Source of the DNA: Rickettsiales bacterium
Lineage (GTDB): Bacteria; Pseudomonadota; Alphaproteobacteria; Methylaequorales; Methylaequoraceae
DNA length: 64,000 bases
Assembly (NCBI GenBank): GCA_028407765.1
Contig: JAOOJU010000001.1
Span: 14,838-78,837, forward strand
Direction: 5' to 3'
Each line of letters begins with the position of its first letter. Positions within the stretch are counted from its first letter, which is position 1. Positions 1 through 9,668 of the stretch are shown piece by piece. A program made the translations under genes and the position numbers. A model generated the notes under the pieces. That model did not search any database. It was not told the origin of the DNA and worked only from the letters and a program-made list of their open reading frames with translations.

Positions 1-2158
1 TCGTTTTACTTGTTGTCGAATTCATTTGTATTTTATTGTATATAGCTTTAATTATAGAAAGTATTTCTGTCTGTACTTTTACTGAATCATTTTTTTTATT
101 AGTTTTTAATAACTCATATGATTTGTTCAACCTCGTTTCTAGATCATTCAAAAGCTCTTTATCACTTGGTATTACTTTTGAAATATCACCATATGACTCT
201 TTAATGATTTCTGAAATAACCATTTGTTGTTTGGAAAGTTCTATTTTTTCTGAAGAATCATTTAATGAATTATAGGTTTCTTCAATTAAGTCCTTCTGTT
301 TTATATATGCATCTTGAACTAAATCTAGTAGTAACTCATTGACCTCATCTTTGTTTACATTCTTTTTATCAAATAATTGTTCAACCCTATTTATTAGATT
401 TTCAGCCATATTTTTAATAGAGCTTTTATCAGCTAATAAATCTTCAGGAACTTCACTTTTTTTAGTTTTTCCTTTTTCATTATTTTTTTCTATATCTTTT
501 TGCGTTAGTTTTTCATATTTCCTGAGAAGTAAACTTAATTCATCTATTTTAACAGATAATTCTTTGTCTGAGGATTGATTCTTAATCATCAATTCCAATT
601 CTTTCTTCAACTTCATTATATTGTTAGAAATATTATCTAAGTTTGTAGTTTCCAAAAAAACAGCTATTTTCCATGACTCTTCAAGAAATTTTTCTATTTT
701 ATAGCTTTCATCTCTTTTACTATTTTCTAAAAAGTTAATTATGTTTTCCATGAGATTTTTTATTTTTTCTTTGTTAGTAAACTTCAAACTTCTTAGTGAA
801 TCCAATGTTTCTGAAATATCATTCCTTTCATATAATTCTTGTCTTATTAAAATAATTTTTTTTGCCTCAGAGTCATAAAATATTTTTCTTGGTAAAAAAA
901 TTGACATTATTTTGGAACTTCCAAGCTGGTTATTTTGATCAATTATACCTAATCTCATTGATACTTTATTACCAGTTATTGGAAGGCTTGTAATATCCAT
1001 CTCATAAAAATATGTATCAACCTTTTCAAGGTCTTCATTGTCTGAGCTCATAACAAGGTAATTTATTGGCTTAAGATGTATTTTGTTAAGTTGAGATAAA
1101 ATAGGTTCTTTGATTTCACTTACTTTTGGTATTAAGTTGCCTATTTCTAACCATATCATTTTTGTATTTTCATCTATCTTTGAATAACTGAAACTTAGTG
1201 TTGTTTTATCTAAGACTTTTGGTTCCTCTATTATTTCTATCACTGGAGGTTTATCAAAAAAGACATTAAACTTCTGAAATAGTTTATTTTTAAATATCAA
1301 AGAATATTCTCCCTCCTCCAGTAATGTATTTAATTGAATAGTGTTTTGGTCCATCATACTAAGACCTTTAATTTTTTTTCTCCCCTCCTTACTTTTTAAA
1401 ATTACTGATACATCTTTTGATAGTAGGTTAAAGAAATTAATTGATATCCTACTACCTTCTTCAATCAAAAAATTTTTGTTACTATAATCTGTCTCATTTG
1501 CATTTTTTTCTAGAAATATTATGTCATTTTTTGATTTTAATGGTGGGTATATCCAAATATTTGTACTGTAATTATTAATAGAAGATTCGTAATTCTGATA
1601 ATTACCAACATTAAAAAAACTTCTATTAAATTGATCATTAGAAAAAATGATTATTGCAACACTCAAAAAAAAAATACTTAAAATTGTATCTTTAGATTTT
1701 TTTTGATCATCTAAAAAGAAGTATTTTAATTTAAATGAATAATTCCTAACTATTGTTTTACTTACTTCACTCTGAAAGATATTCCAAAGATCAGAATTTT
1801 TCTGTTTTGGAAATTGGTAAGCTTGCTTATCATTGAGTGATAAAAGTTCATTATTCTCCAGTTTTAATTCATTTTGTAATAATTTTTTAAGTCTAATAAT
1901 TGAAGGCCAAAACCTAGTTTTTCGAACTTGAATAGTTTTCTTAATAAAAAAAAAAGAATTAAATAATATAAAAAAAATTACATAAAAATTTTTAAAAAAA
2001 TTATTTTTCGGAAAAATTTCAGAAAAAATAAAAACAGAGATAATTATTAATGAGATACTTATACTACTACTAAACTGAATCAACCTAATAAAAAAGCTCC
2101 AGAAAAGTGAAAAAATTAATTGAACGTTTATTAAGTCTAGTTTGTTGAATTTGATCAT
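1..2158 (-). CDS. Partial large hypothetical protein with N-terminal TM segment and long K/E-rich coiled-coil C-terminal region; C-terminus runs off the window start
   Basis: The minus-strand reading from an ATG at 2156-2158 (8 nt after the lysA stop) gives MIKFNKLDLINVQLIFSLFWSFF..., which appears open across the region. The plus strand has only tiny ORFs here. It is absent from the ORF track, presumably because its stop lies before position 1. Hand translation was not checked for stops. Confidence 0.35.
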   Translation of the reverse strand, partial: MIKFNKLDLINVQLIFSLFWSFFIRLIQFSSSISISLIIISVFIFSEIFPKNNFFKNFYVIFFILFNSFFFIKKTIQVRKTRFWPSIIRLKKLLQNELKLENNELLSLNDKQAYQFPKQKNSDLWNIFQSEVSKTIVRNYSFKLKYFFLDDQKKSKDTILSIFFLSVAIIIFSNDQFNRSFFNVGNYQNYESSINNYSTNIWIYPPLKSKNDIIFLEKNANETDYSNKNFLIEEGSRISINFFNLLSKDVSVILKSKEGRKKIKGLSMMDQNTIQLNTLLEEGEYSLIFKNKLFQKFNVFFDKPPVIEIIEEPKVLDKTTLSFSYSKIDENTKMIWLEIGNLIPKVSEIKEPILSQLNKIHLKPINYLVMSSDNEDLEKVDTYFYEMDITSLPITGNKVSMRLGIIDQNNQLGSSKIMSIFLPRKIFYDSEAKKIILIRQELYERNDISETLDSLRSLKFTNKEKIKNLMENIINFLENSKRDESYKIEKFLEESWKIAVFLETTNLDNISNNIMKLKKELELMIKNQSSDKELSVKIDELSLLLRKYEKLTQKDIEKNNEKGKTKKSEVPEDLLADKSSIKNMAENLINRVEQLFDKKNVNKDEVNELLLDLVQDAYIKQKDLIEETYNSLNDSSEKIELSKQQMVISEIIKESYGDISKVIPSDKELLNDLETRLNKSYELLKTNKKNDSVKVQTEILSIIKAIYNKIQMNSTTSKT

Positions 2159-2166
2159 AATAAATT

Positions 2167-3465
2167 TTAATTTTTAGAAAATTTTATTCTTTTACCATTT
2201 GAATCAATGATTCTTTTTCCATCTATAAAAATTTCCTTAGCAGTATTTCTACAATTATAGCTTGATGACATACAAGATCCGTAAGCACCTACTGAGCAAA
2301 GGACTAATATTTCATCTTTTTGCATTCTTTGAATTTTTCTTTTTTTTCCAAAAACATCACTTGATTCACAAATAGGTCCCACCACATCCACAGCAACCTT
2401 TTCTTCGTTTCTGAGTTTAGCTGGAAAAATCTCATGGTAGGAATCATACATGGATGGTCTAACCAGATTATTCATTCCACAGTCTATAATTAAAAAATCA
2501 TTTTCCTCACCTTTTTTATTTCTTATCACTTTTGAAACTAAAATTCCTGCTGAACCCACTAATGATCTTCCAGGTTCAAATATAATCTTCAGGTCTAGGT
2601 CAGAAAAATTTCTCCTAATGACTTCTTTGTAATCATCAAGTGATATTGTTGGATTATCTGAATAAACAATTCCTATACCTCCCCCAAGGTCAACTCTTGA
2701 AATTTCAGAGCCAGCATCTCTTAAACTTAATACAAGCAGTCGTACTTTCTTGAAAGCCCTTTCAAATGGTTTGATATTGGTAATTTGGGATCCAATATGT
2801 ACAGCTAATCCACATAAGTTTATATACTCATTATCTTGATATTTTCTAAAGATTTCTGTAACTCTATGGTAAGGGATACCAAACTTATCTTCAGAACGAC
2901 CCGTTGAAATCTTCTTATGTGTATTCGCATCAACATCAGGATTAATTCTTAATGAAATATCTATTTTTTTTTTAACTTTAATATTTTTAATAATCTCTAC
3001 TATTTCATCAAGCTCTTCGATAGACTCTACATTTATTTGATAGATTTCTTTTTTAATTGCATAAGTTATTTCTTCTCTGGTTTTACCCACACCAGAGAAT
3101 ACAATTTTTTCAGGTTTAATTCCCGAAGATAAAGCTAATTTTATCTCTCCTTTTGACACAACATCTGCACCTGATCCTAATTTTGCCAATAATGAAATTA
3201 TGTGCTTATTAAAGTTAGCCTTAATAGCATAACAAATCATTGAGTCGAATTCAGAAGTTGATTTTTTAAAATTTTTATAGTTATTTTTTATCTCATTTAT
3301 CGAATAACAATAAGTTGGAGTTCCTATTTTACTCCCAATCTTCTCGCAACTAATTTCTTCAACAAACAAAGATTTGTTTTTATAAATTAAATTATCACAA
3401 AAGTTTTTAGGATCCTTATTCATGTCAGTTAGCTGGATACGATCTTGGATAGTCAGATTCCTCAT
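2167..3465 (-). CDS. lysA: Diaminopimelate decarboxylase (PLP-dependent Orn/DAP decarboxylase fold)
   Basis: YAIKANFNKHIISLLAKLGSGADVVSKGE and C-terminal CESSDVFGK...VGAYGSCMSSSYN motifs match LysA. The probable true start is the internal Met (MNKDPKNF...) at 3423, immediately after the stop of the small upstream lipoprotein ORF. Confidence 0.85.
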   Translation of the reverse strand: MRNLTIQDRIQLTDMNKDPKNFCDNLIYKNKSLFVEEISCEKIGSKIGTPTYCYSINEIKNNYKNFKKSTSEFDSMICYAIKANFNKHIISLLAKLGSGADVVSKGEIKLALSSGIKPEKIVFSGVGKTREEITYAIKKEIYQINVESIEELDEIVEIIKNIKVKKKIDISLRINPDVDANTHKKISTGRSEDKFGIPYHRVTEIFRKYQDNEYINLCGLAVHIGSQITNIKPFERAFKKVRLLVLSLRDAGSEISRVDLGGGIGIVYSDNPTISLDDYKEVIRRNFSDLDLKIIFEPGRSLVGSAGILVSKVIRNKKGEENDFLIIDCGMNNLVRPSMYDSYHEIFPAKLRNEEKVAVDVVGPICESSDVFGKKRKIQRMQKDEILVLCSVGAYGSCMSSSYNCRNTAKEIFIDGKRIIDSNGKRIKFSKN

Positions 3466-3547
3466 ACCTCTCTAGAGAACTTTTTTTCCCGCATGAGAAT
3501 GAAAAGAAAATAATGATAAGAAGAATAACCAATTTTTTATATTTCAT
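3425..3547 (-). CDS. Small lipoprotein (~40 aa) between argH and lysA, possibly LptM/YifL-like; not in ORF track (<60 aa)
   Basis: Hand translation gives MKYKKLVILLIIIFFSFSCGKKSSLERYEESDYPRSYPAN, with a lipobox-like FSC in signal-peptide context. Its ATG overlaps the argH stop (ATGA) and its TGA abuts the internal lysA ATG. Small lipoproteins sit in this argH-lysA position in many proteobacteria. Confidence 0.4.
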   Translation of the reverse strand: MKYKKLVILLIIIFFSFSCGKKSSLERYEESDYPRSYPAN

Positions 3548-4938
3548 TTTTTTATCTTCTGTTTTGCACGTTTTATCGCTTTTTTTACTTGAGTAAATGA
3601 TGTTCCTCCATAAGAATTCTTTTGATTTACAGAATGATTTACTGATAAAAAATTAAAAATAGACTTGTCTATACATGATTCAACTTTCTGTAATTCTGAA
3701 AGTTTTAATTCACTTAATTTACATTTCTTCTTCTCTGCCATAAGAACTATTCTTCCAGCTATGTGATGAGCGTCCCTGAAAGGTAAATCAGTATTTTTTA
3801 CAACCCAGTCAGCTAAATCTGTTGCGGTAGAAAAACCATCTTTTGAAGCAATCAACATTTTGTCCTTATTAACAATTAGCTCGTCTATCATTTGCGTCAT
3901 CACAATTATTATAATTTCCATAGTATCAAAAGAATCAAATACTGGTTCTTTATCTTCTTGTAAATCTTTGCTATATGCCATTGGCAAACCTTTTAAGGTT
4001 GTTAAAAGAGAAACTAGATTACCATAAATTCTTGATGACTTTGACCTTATAAGCTCTGTTGCATCAGGATTTTTTTTCTGCGGCATTATAGATGAACCAG
4101 TACAAAAAGAATCAGAAAATCGAATAAAAGAGAATTGGCTAGTACACCAGATTATTAAATCTTCAGAAATTCTTGAGAAGTGCATACTGAGAATCGAAAG
4201 TGTAGATAAAAATTCTATTGCATAATCTCTGTCTGAAACACTATCTAAAGAATTTTCAGTTACTTTTTTAAATCCTAATTTTTTTGCCAATAAATTCCTG
4301 TCTATTTCAAAAAAATTTGTTCCAGCTAGTGCTCCAGAACCCAGCGGACATTCATCCATACGTTCGAGCATATCTCTTAAACGGCTTCTGTCTCTTTCAA
4401 ACATTTCAAAAAACGACATAAAATAATGTCCTAGAGAAATAGGTTGAGCATTTTGAAGGTGGGTAAAACCTGGCATAATGATTGCGATATTTGCTTCCGC
4501 TTTTTTTATTAAAGTCTTTTGAAGTTTTAATAAAAGCTTATCAAGTAAAAATGTTTTTTCTCGAATCCACATTTTTAAATCAGTTGTAACCTGATCATTT
4601 CTTGACCTACCTGCATGAATTTTACCAGCCACATCTCCAATCTTTTTTTTAAGATTCATCTCAATATTCATGTGAATATCTTCATATTCGTCTGAATATT
4701 CAAAAGTATTATTTTTTATTTCGTCTCTAATTTTATTTAAGCCTTCAAGTATTTTTTTTTTATCAATACTCGAAATAATCTTTGCCTTAAATAATGCTTC
4801 ACAGTATGCTTCAGATACTTTAATATCTTGATATGCTAATCTATAATCAAAAGATATAGAGTTATTAATTTTTTTAAGTAGGTCAGATGGACTTTTTTCA
4901 AATCTCCCACCCCACAAAGCATTAACTTCCTTTTTCAT
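3544..4938 (-). CDS. argH: Argininosuccinate lyase
   Basis: N-terminal WGGRFEKSPSDLLKKINNSISFDYRLAYQDIKVSEAY and the fumarase/aspartase-family signature region. Length is 464 aa. Confidence 0.9.
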   Translation of the reverse strand: MKKEVNALWGGRFEKSPSDLLKKINNSISFDYRLAYQDIKVSEAYCEALFKAKIISSIDKKKILEGLNKIRDEIKNNTFEYSDEYEDIHMNIEMNLKKKIGDVAGKIHAGRSRNDQVTTDLKMWIREKTFLLDKLLLKLQKTLIKKAEANIAIIMPGFTHLQNAQPISLGHYFMSFFEMFERDRSRLRDMLERMDECPLGSGALAGTNFFEIDRNLLAKKLGFKKVTENSLDSVSDRDYAIEFLSTLSILSMHFSRISEDLIIWCTSQFSFIRFSDSFCTGSSIMPQKKNPDATELIRSKSSRIYGNLVSLLTTLKGLPMAYSKDLQEDKEPVFDSFDTMEIIIIVMTQMIDELIVNKDKMLIASKDGFSTATDLADWVVKNTDLPFRDAHHIAGRIVLMAEKKKCKLSELKLSELQKVESCIDKSIFNFLSVNHSVNQKNSYGGTSFTQVKKAIKRAKQKIKK

Positions 4939-4955
4939 AACTACAAAATTTTAAT

Positions 4956-5456
4956 ATGGTTCTAAAAATATTTTTTCTTCTTTTTTTCTCTTTTTATCAT
5001 GCAGAAGCTAATGATAACAACGAATTAATTTTTCACAATAGTCCAAAAAAAATAGAGTCCATGAATTTAAGAAGACTTGATGGCATGAATATAGATTTAG
5101 AAAAAATTTCAAATAAGTATTTAATTATAAATTTTTGGGCTACCTGGTGCCCTCCATGTATTAAAGAGATTCCTGATCTACTCACACTTCAAGAAAAATT
5201 TGATAGCAAAATTAAATTAATTTTCGTTTCTGTTGATTCTTCTCCAGAAAAAGTAATACCTAAATTTATAAAAAAAAATAATTTTAAAAATTTTGATGTT
5301 TTTACTGATCAAGACTTTTCAATTGCCAAAAAACTCAAAGTGAAAATAATGCCAACAACGATAATAGTTGATAAAAAGCTATTTGAAATTGCAAGAATAA
5401 CTGGTTATGCAAAATGGCTTGATGAGACGTTTATTGAAAAGATAGAAGATTTATAA
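4956..5456 (+). CDS. Thioredoxin-fold thiol:disulfide oxidoreductase (TlpA/ResA-like), secreted
   Basis: WATWCPPC active-site motif with an N-terminal hydrophobic signal. Confidence 0.7.
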   Translation: MVLKIFFLLFFSFYHAEANDNNELIFHNSPKKIESMNLRRLDGMNIDLEKISNKYLIINFWATWCPPCIKEIPDLLTLQEKFDSKIKLIFVSVDSSPEKVIPKFIKKNNFKNFDVFTDQDFSIAKKLKVKIMPTTIIVDKKLFEIARITGYAKWLDETFIEKIEDL

Positions 5457-6386
5457 TTTCCCTTCTAACTTTGGTAAAACTTCAAATAAATCACCAATCA
5501 ATCCATAGTCAGAAAACTTAAATATAGGAGCTTCTTCGTCTTTATTGATTGCAACAATAAATTTGGAGTCTTTTATTCCAGCAATATGTTGAATTGCACC
5601 AGATATACCAACTGCAATATACAAATCAGGTGCCACAATTTTTCCCGTTTGTCCTACTTGCCAATCATTGGGTACAAAACCCGCATCTACTGCCGCCCTA
5701 CTAGCCCCAACAGCTGCTCCTAATTTATCAGCAATACCTTCAAGTAACTTAAAGTTCTCACCATTTTGCATGCCTCTTCCACCAGATATAACTACTTTTG
5801 CTGACGTAAGCTCTGGCCTGTCAGATTTAGACAACTCATGTTTTACAAAATTAACATTATTATTGAAGTCACTATCAACTTTCTTTTCCTCTATTTCTGC
5901 ATTACCTTCCAGAGAGCATTGCGCAAAGCATGTTCCTCTAATTGTAATAACTTTCACTTTATCCAATGACTTTACTTTCAACACAGCATTACCAGCATAA
6001 ATAGGTCTTTCAAAAGTTTCATGATCAAATATATTTATAACGTCAGATATCTGTTGAACATCAAGTAATGCTGAAACTCTGGGAAGAAGGTTTTTACCAA
6101 ACGTACTTGATGGTGCTAAGATATGAGTAAATTCCTCCTCTTTAACTAATTGTATAATTTGTTTTGAAAGATTCTCAGCAATTTGATGTTTAAAATTTTC
6201 ATCGTTATAAAAAATAACCTTCTTTACCTCTGAAAGTTTCTTTAAAATTTGAACTGCATCATTACATTCGGAACCAAGCAATAAACAAGTTATATCACTT
6301 CCAATTTTATTTGCGGCTGTAACACAACTGTATGTTGCGGCTTTTACTTCTTTATTATCATGTTCTGCTATAATTAATATTTTCAT
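5451..6386 (-). CDS. etfA: Electron transfer flavoprotein alpha subunit
   Basis: [11 protein letters not shown]... N-terminus and C-terminal FAD-binding region ([20 protein letters not shown]). It is translationally coupled to etfB. Confidence 0.85.
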   Translation of the reverse strand: MKILIIAEHDNKEVKAATYSCVTAANKIGSDITCLLLGSECNDAVQILKKLSEVKKVIFYNDENFKHQIAENLSKQIIQLVKEEEFTHILAPSSTFGKNLLPRVSALLDVQQISDVINIFDHETFERPIYAGNAVLKVKSLDKVKVITIRGTCFAQCSLEGNAEIEEKKVDSDFNNNVNFVKHELSKSDRPELTSAKVVISGGRGMQNGENFKLLEGIADKLGAAVGASRAAVDAGFVPNDWQVGQTGKIVAPDLYIAVGISGAIQHIAGIKDSKFIVAINKDEEAPIFKFSDYGLIGDLFEVLPKLEGKL

Positions 6387-7135
6387 TATAATACCTTCGC
6401 TTCATTTTTTAATTTCTCAACAAGTTCGTCAATATCTTTTACCATTATACCTGCTTTTCTCTCTGGTGGATCATTAACTTCAATTACTGATAATCTTGGT
6501 TTCAAATCAATTCCAAGTTCTGAAATTTCAACCTTCTCAATTGGCTTTTGTTTTGATTTCATTATATTAGGTAGTGAAGCATATCTTGGTTCATTTAATC
6601 TCAAATCAGTTGTTATTATACAAGGTGTTGAAACCTTCAATGTCTCTAAACCACCATCAATCTCTCTAGTTACATTAAGATAATCTCCTTCTTTTTCCAC
6701 CTTTGAAGCAAAAGTAGCCTGTGAGTAACCAGATAATGCTGATAACATTTGACCAGTTTGGTTAGAGTCATCATCAATTGCTTGCTTTCCCATAAATATA
6801 ATATCCGGTTTCTCTTTTTGTAGCAGTTTTAAAAGTACTTTAGCAATACATAATGGTTCAAGTTCATCATCGGTTAATACATGTATTCCTCTATCACCCC
6901 CCATCGCTAGGCCAGATCTAATTGTCTCTTGACTTGCAGATGAACCAATTGAGGCAATAACAACTTCTTTTGCTATTCCACTTTCTTTCAATTTTACTGA
7001 TTCTTCAACCGCTATTTCATCAAATGGATTCATGGACATTTTTACATTATCTTTTTCAACACCTGATTTATCGGTTTTAACTCTAATTTTGACATTATAA
7101 TCAATTACTCTTTTAACACATACCAACAATTTCAT
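6386..7135 (-). CDS. etfB: Electron transfer flavoprotein beta subunit
   Basis: [19 protein letters not shown]... is a typical EtfB N-terminus. Length is 249 aa. Confidence 0.85.
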   Translation of the reverse strand: MKLLVCVKRVIDYNVKIRVKTDKSGVEKDNVKMSMNPFDEIAVEESVKLKESGIAKEVVIASIGSSASQETIRSGLAMGGDRGIHVLTDDELEPLCIAKVLLKLLQKEKPDIIFMGKQAIDDDSNQTGQMLSALSGYSQATFASKVEKEGDYLNVTREIDGGLETLKVSTPCIITTDLRLNEPRYASLPNIMKSKQKPIEKVEISELGIDLKPRLSVIEVNDPPERKAGIMVKDIDELVEKLKNEAKVL

Positions 7136-7137
7136 TT

Positions 7138-7701
7138 TTAACTACCTTTCTGATATTTGCCTGGTTCCCACAAAACGTCACCATTCTCTCTATTTTCATA
7201 CCTTGATGCAACAAAAAGAAAATCTGACAATCTGTTAATGTACTTAATAATTATTTCACTAATACTTTCTTTATTTGCTAGCAAGGAAAGACTCCTCTCA
7301 CATCTTCTTACAACACACCTTGCCAAATGGAGATAGGCAGATCCTTTTGTTCCACCAGGTAAAACAAAAGATGATAAAGCTTCTAAATTACTATTCATTT
7401 TATCTATTTCATTTTCTAAATATTTAATTTGTTCTTCACAGACTCTTAATTTTTTCTTTTTTGAAATATCAGGAATGCATAAGTCACCACCTATATCAAA
7501 AAGATCATTCTGAATTATTCTTAATCTGTCAACAGTCTTTTTTGAAGAGTATAATATTGAAATGCCTATTAAAGCATTGGCTTCATCTATTTCTCCATAA
7601 GTATTTACTCTAAGATTATGTTTTTCAACTCTTTCCCCATCACCCAAAGATGTTATACCTTTGTCACCACCTTTGGTATATATTTTATCAAGTTTAACCA
7701 T
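7138..7701 (-). CDS. PduO-type ATP:cob(I)alamin adenosyltransferase
   Basis: [20 protein letters not shown]...[14 protein letters not shown] signature. Length is 187 aa. Confidence 0.8.
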   Translation of the reverse strand: MVKLDKIYTKGGDKGITSLGDGERVEKHNLRVNTYGEIDEANALIGISILYSSKKTVDRLRIIQNDLFDIGGDLCIPDISKKKKLRVCEEQIKYLENEIDKMNSNLEALSSFVLPGGTKGSAYLHLARCVVRRCERSLSLLANKESISEIIIKYINRLSDFLFVASRYENRENGDVLWEPGKYQKGS

Positions 7702-7707
7702 AAATGG

Positions 7708-7914
7708 TTAACCAATTAATTTTCTTTTTAGATATATCGATATAATTAAAATAACAATAGCAACAAATTGAAAATAAACTCTGTATTTCATAAATTTATT
7801 TATTTTGTCACTACCGTCATTGTCTGATTTTGCAGTATACAATAAACCTGCAATCAAGATTAAGAAGACAGATAACACAGAAACAATTATTAAAAAATTT
7901 AAGAAACTAACCAT
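7708..7914 (-). CDS. Small two-TM membrane protein, hypothetical
   Basis: Two hydrophobic helices. The listed ORF start overlaps the upstream gene, so the internal Met at 7914 is the more likely start. Confidence 0.3.
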   Translation of the reverse strand: MVSFLNFLIIVSVLSVFLILIAGLLYTAKSDNDGSDKINKFMKYRVYFQFVAIVILIISIYLKRKLIG

Positions 7915-7918
7915 TAAA

Positions 7919-9604
7919 TTATTTACCCAATAAACCTTTAACAACAATCTGTGCTTGAATTTCTGCCGCTCCTTCAAAAATATTTAATATTCTTGAATCA
8001 CACAAAACTCTACTGACTGGATATTCTAATGCATAACCATTACCGCCATGTATCTGCAATGCACTGTCAGCATTGCTCCAAGCTATTCTTGCCGCTATTA
8101 ACTTAGCCATTCCAGCTTCAATATCACATCTGATATCATTATCTTTTTCTCTAGCTGAAAATAAAGTTATCTGTCTCGAAATTGTTGTTTCAACTGCCAT
8201 CCATGCAAGCTTCATTGCAATTCTGGGAAATTTAAGAAGTTGTTTTCCAAACTGAGACCTATCCTTTGAGTATTGTAAACCCAGTTCTAGTGCAGACTGA
8301 GCAACGCCCACAGCCCGTGCTGCAGTTTGAATTCTGGCAGACTCAAATGTCTCCATCAGTTGTTTAAATCCATGACCTTCTTTCTCGCCAAGCAAATCAT
8401 CTTTTGAAACTTTAATATCATTCAGAGCAATTTCATATTCTTTCATTCCTCTATATCCTAATACTTCAATTTCACTACCACTCATACCTTCCATCGGGAA
8501 AGGATTTTCACAATTTCCTCTTGGTTTCTCAACTAGAAACATACTTAAGCCTTTGTATCCTTTTTGATCACTATTAGTTCTAGCTAAAACTGTCATTAAA
8601 TCAGATCTGGCTCCATGAGTTATCCATGTCTTATTACCATTAATTACATAAGAATCACCCTCAACCTTAGCCCTAGTTGCAAGGCTTCCTAGATCTGAGC
8701 CTGTATTTGGTTCTGTAAAAACAGCCGTTGTAAGAGTTTCTCCCGATGCAATTTTTGGAAGATACTTCGTTTTTTGATTTTCGGTTCCACCAAGTCTAAT
8801 TAACTCTCCAGCAATCTCGGCTCTTGTACCCAATGAACCTGCGGCAAGAAATCCTCTTGATAATTCTTCTGTAACAACACACATCGCTGTTTTTCCCATT
8901 CCTAACCCCCCATATTCCTCAGGGATGGCAATGCTAAATACTCCAAGTTCTGCCATCTGCTTTAGAGTATCGTCAGGAATCAGTGCGTCTTTAAGATGCC
9001 ACTCGTGCGCATGAGGAATTATTTCTTCATCGGTAAATTTTTTAAATTGATCTTGAATCATTTCTAGAGTTTCATCACCAAGACCTAAACTTGGAAATTG
9101 TCCTTTGTCTAATAGGTCCACAATTGTTAACTTAACATTTTCTGATAAACCAAATTTGATAATATTTGAAATTTTTTCTTCTTTAAGAAAATCAAAATCT
9201 TTTTCTGAAAGATTAAAGTCATTGACAGGTCTAACAATTTCAGATTGACTCATCATGATTCCATCTTTCATTTGCATACAATACTCTGAAAATGCACACG
9301 CAAGAACCAAACTTTCTAACTCTGAAGCTTTACCGGACTCTAGCAGTCTTTCATACCATTTCAATGTTTGGACCAAACTAACCCTGTAAGTCTCAAACCA
9401 TGCATATCCGTGACACTTATACTGATTTTTCTCCAATAACTTTGAACTAACTCTGTCCTCTGAGACACATTCAATTAAAAGTTTATTTTTAATATCATTA
9501 CTTATTTTCTCAAAATTTTGAAGAATACTTCTATAATTGTTGAGATTGTCTTTTACAATTTGTTGTGTAGTTTTTTTTGTTTCAATGATTGATGTGCTGT
9601 CCAT
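7919..9604 (-). CDS. mcd: Acyl-CoA dehydrogenase with N-terminal extension, likely (2S)-methylsuccinyl-CoA dehydrogenase of the ethylmalonyl-CoA pathway
   Basis: The C-terminal ~380 aa is canonical ACAD (GGNGYALEYPVSRVLCDSRILNIFEGAAEIQ). A ~170 aa N-terminal extra domain and 561 aa length are typical of Mcd. It sits adjacent to ccr, ecm and etfAB. Confidence 0.6.
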   Translation of the reverse strand: MDSTSIIETKKTTQQIVKDNLNNYRSILQNFEKISNDIKNKLLIECVSEDRVSSKLLEKNQYKCHGYAWFETYRVSLVQTLKWYERLLESGKASELESLVLACAFSEYCMQMKDGIMMSQSEIVRPVNDFNLSEKDFDFLKEEKISNIIKFGLSENVKLTIVDLLDKGQFPSLGLGDETLEMIQDQFKKFTDEEIIPHAHEWHLKDALIPDDTLKQMAELGVFSIAIPEEYGGLGMGKTAMCVVTEELSRGFLAAGSLGTRAEIAGELIRLGGTENQKTKYLPKIASGETLTTAVFTEPNTGSDLGSLATRAKVEGDSYVINGNKTWITHGARSDLMTVLARTNSDQKGYKGLSMFLVEKPRGNCENPFPMEGMSGSEIEVLGYRGMKEYEIALNDIKVSKDDLLGEKEGHGFKQLMETFESARIQTAARAVGVAQSALELGLQYSKDRSQFGKQLLKFPRIAMKLAWMAVETTISRQITLFSAREKDNDIRCDIEAGMAKLIAARIAWSNADSALQIHGGNGYALEYPVSRVLCDSRILNIFEGAAEIQAQIVVKGLLGK

Positions 9605-9668
9605 TTTAATCTCCAGTCCTTAATATTAACTATTTAATGTATTTAAATCAATCTTCAATCAAGAATCA

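Noticed and set aside
2450-2632. Plus-strand ORFs lying inside or opposite to strong minus-strand genes (2450-2632, 5668-6000, 8073-8255, 10196-10447, 10711-11028)
   Set aside because: Each is fully contained in a confidently assigned gene on the other strand and has low-complexity composition. They are antisense frame artefacts.
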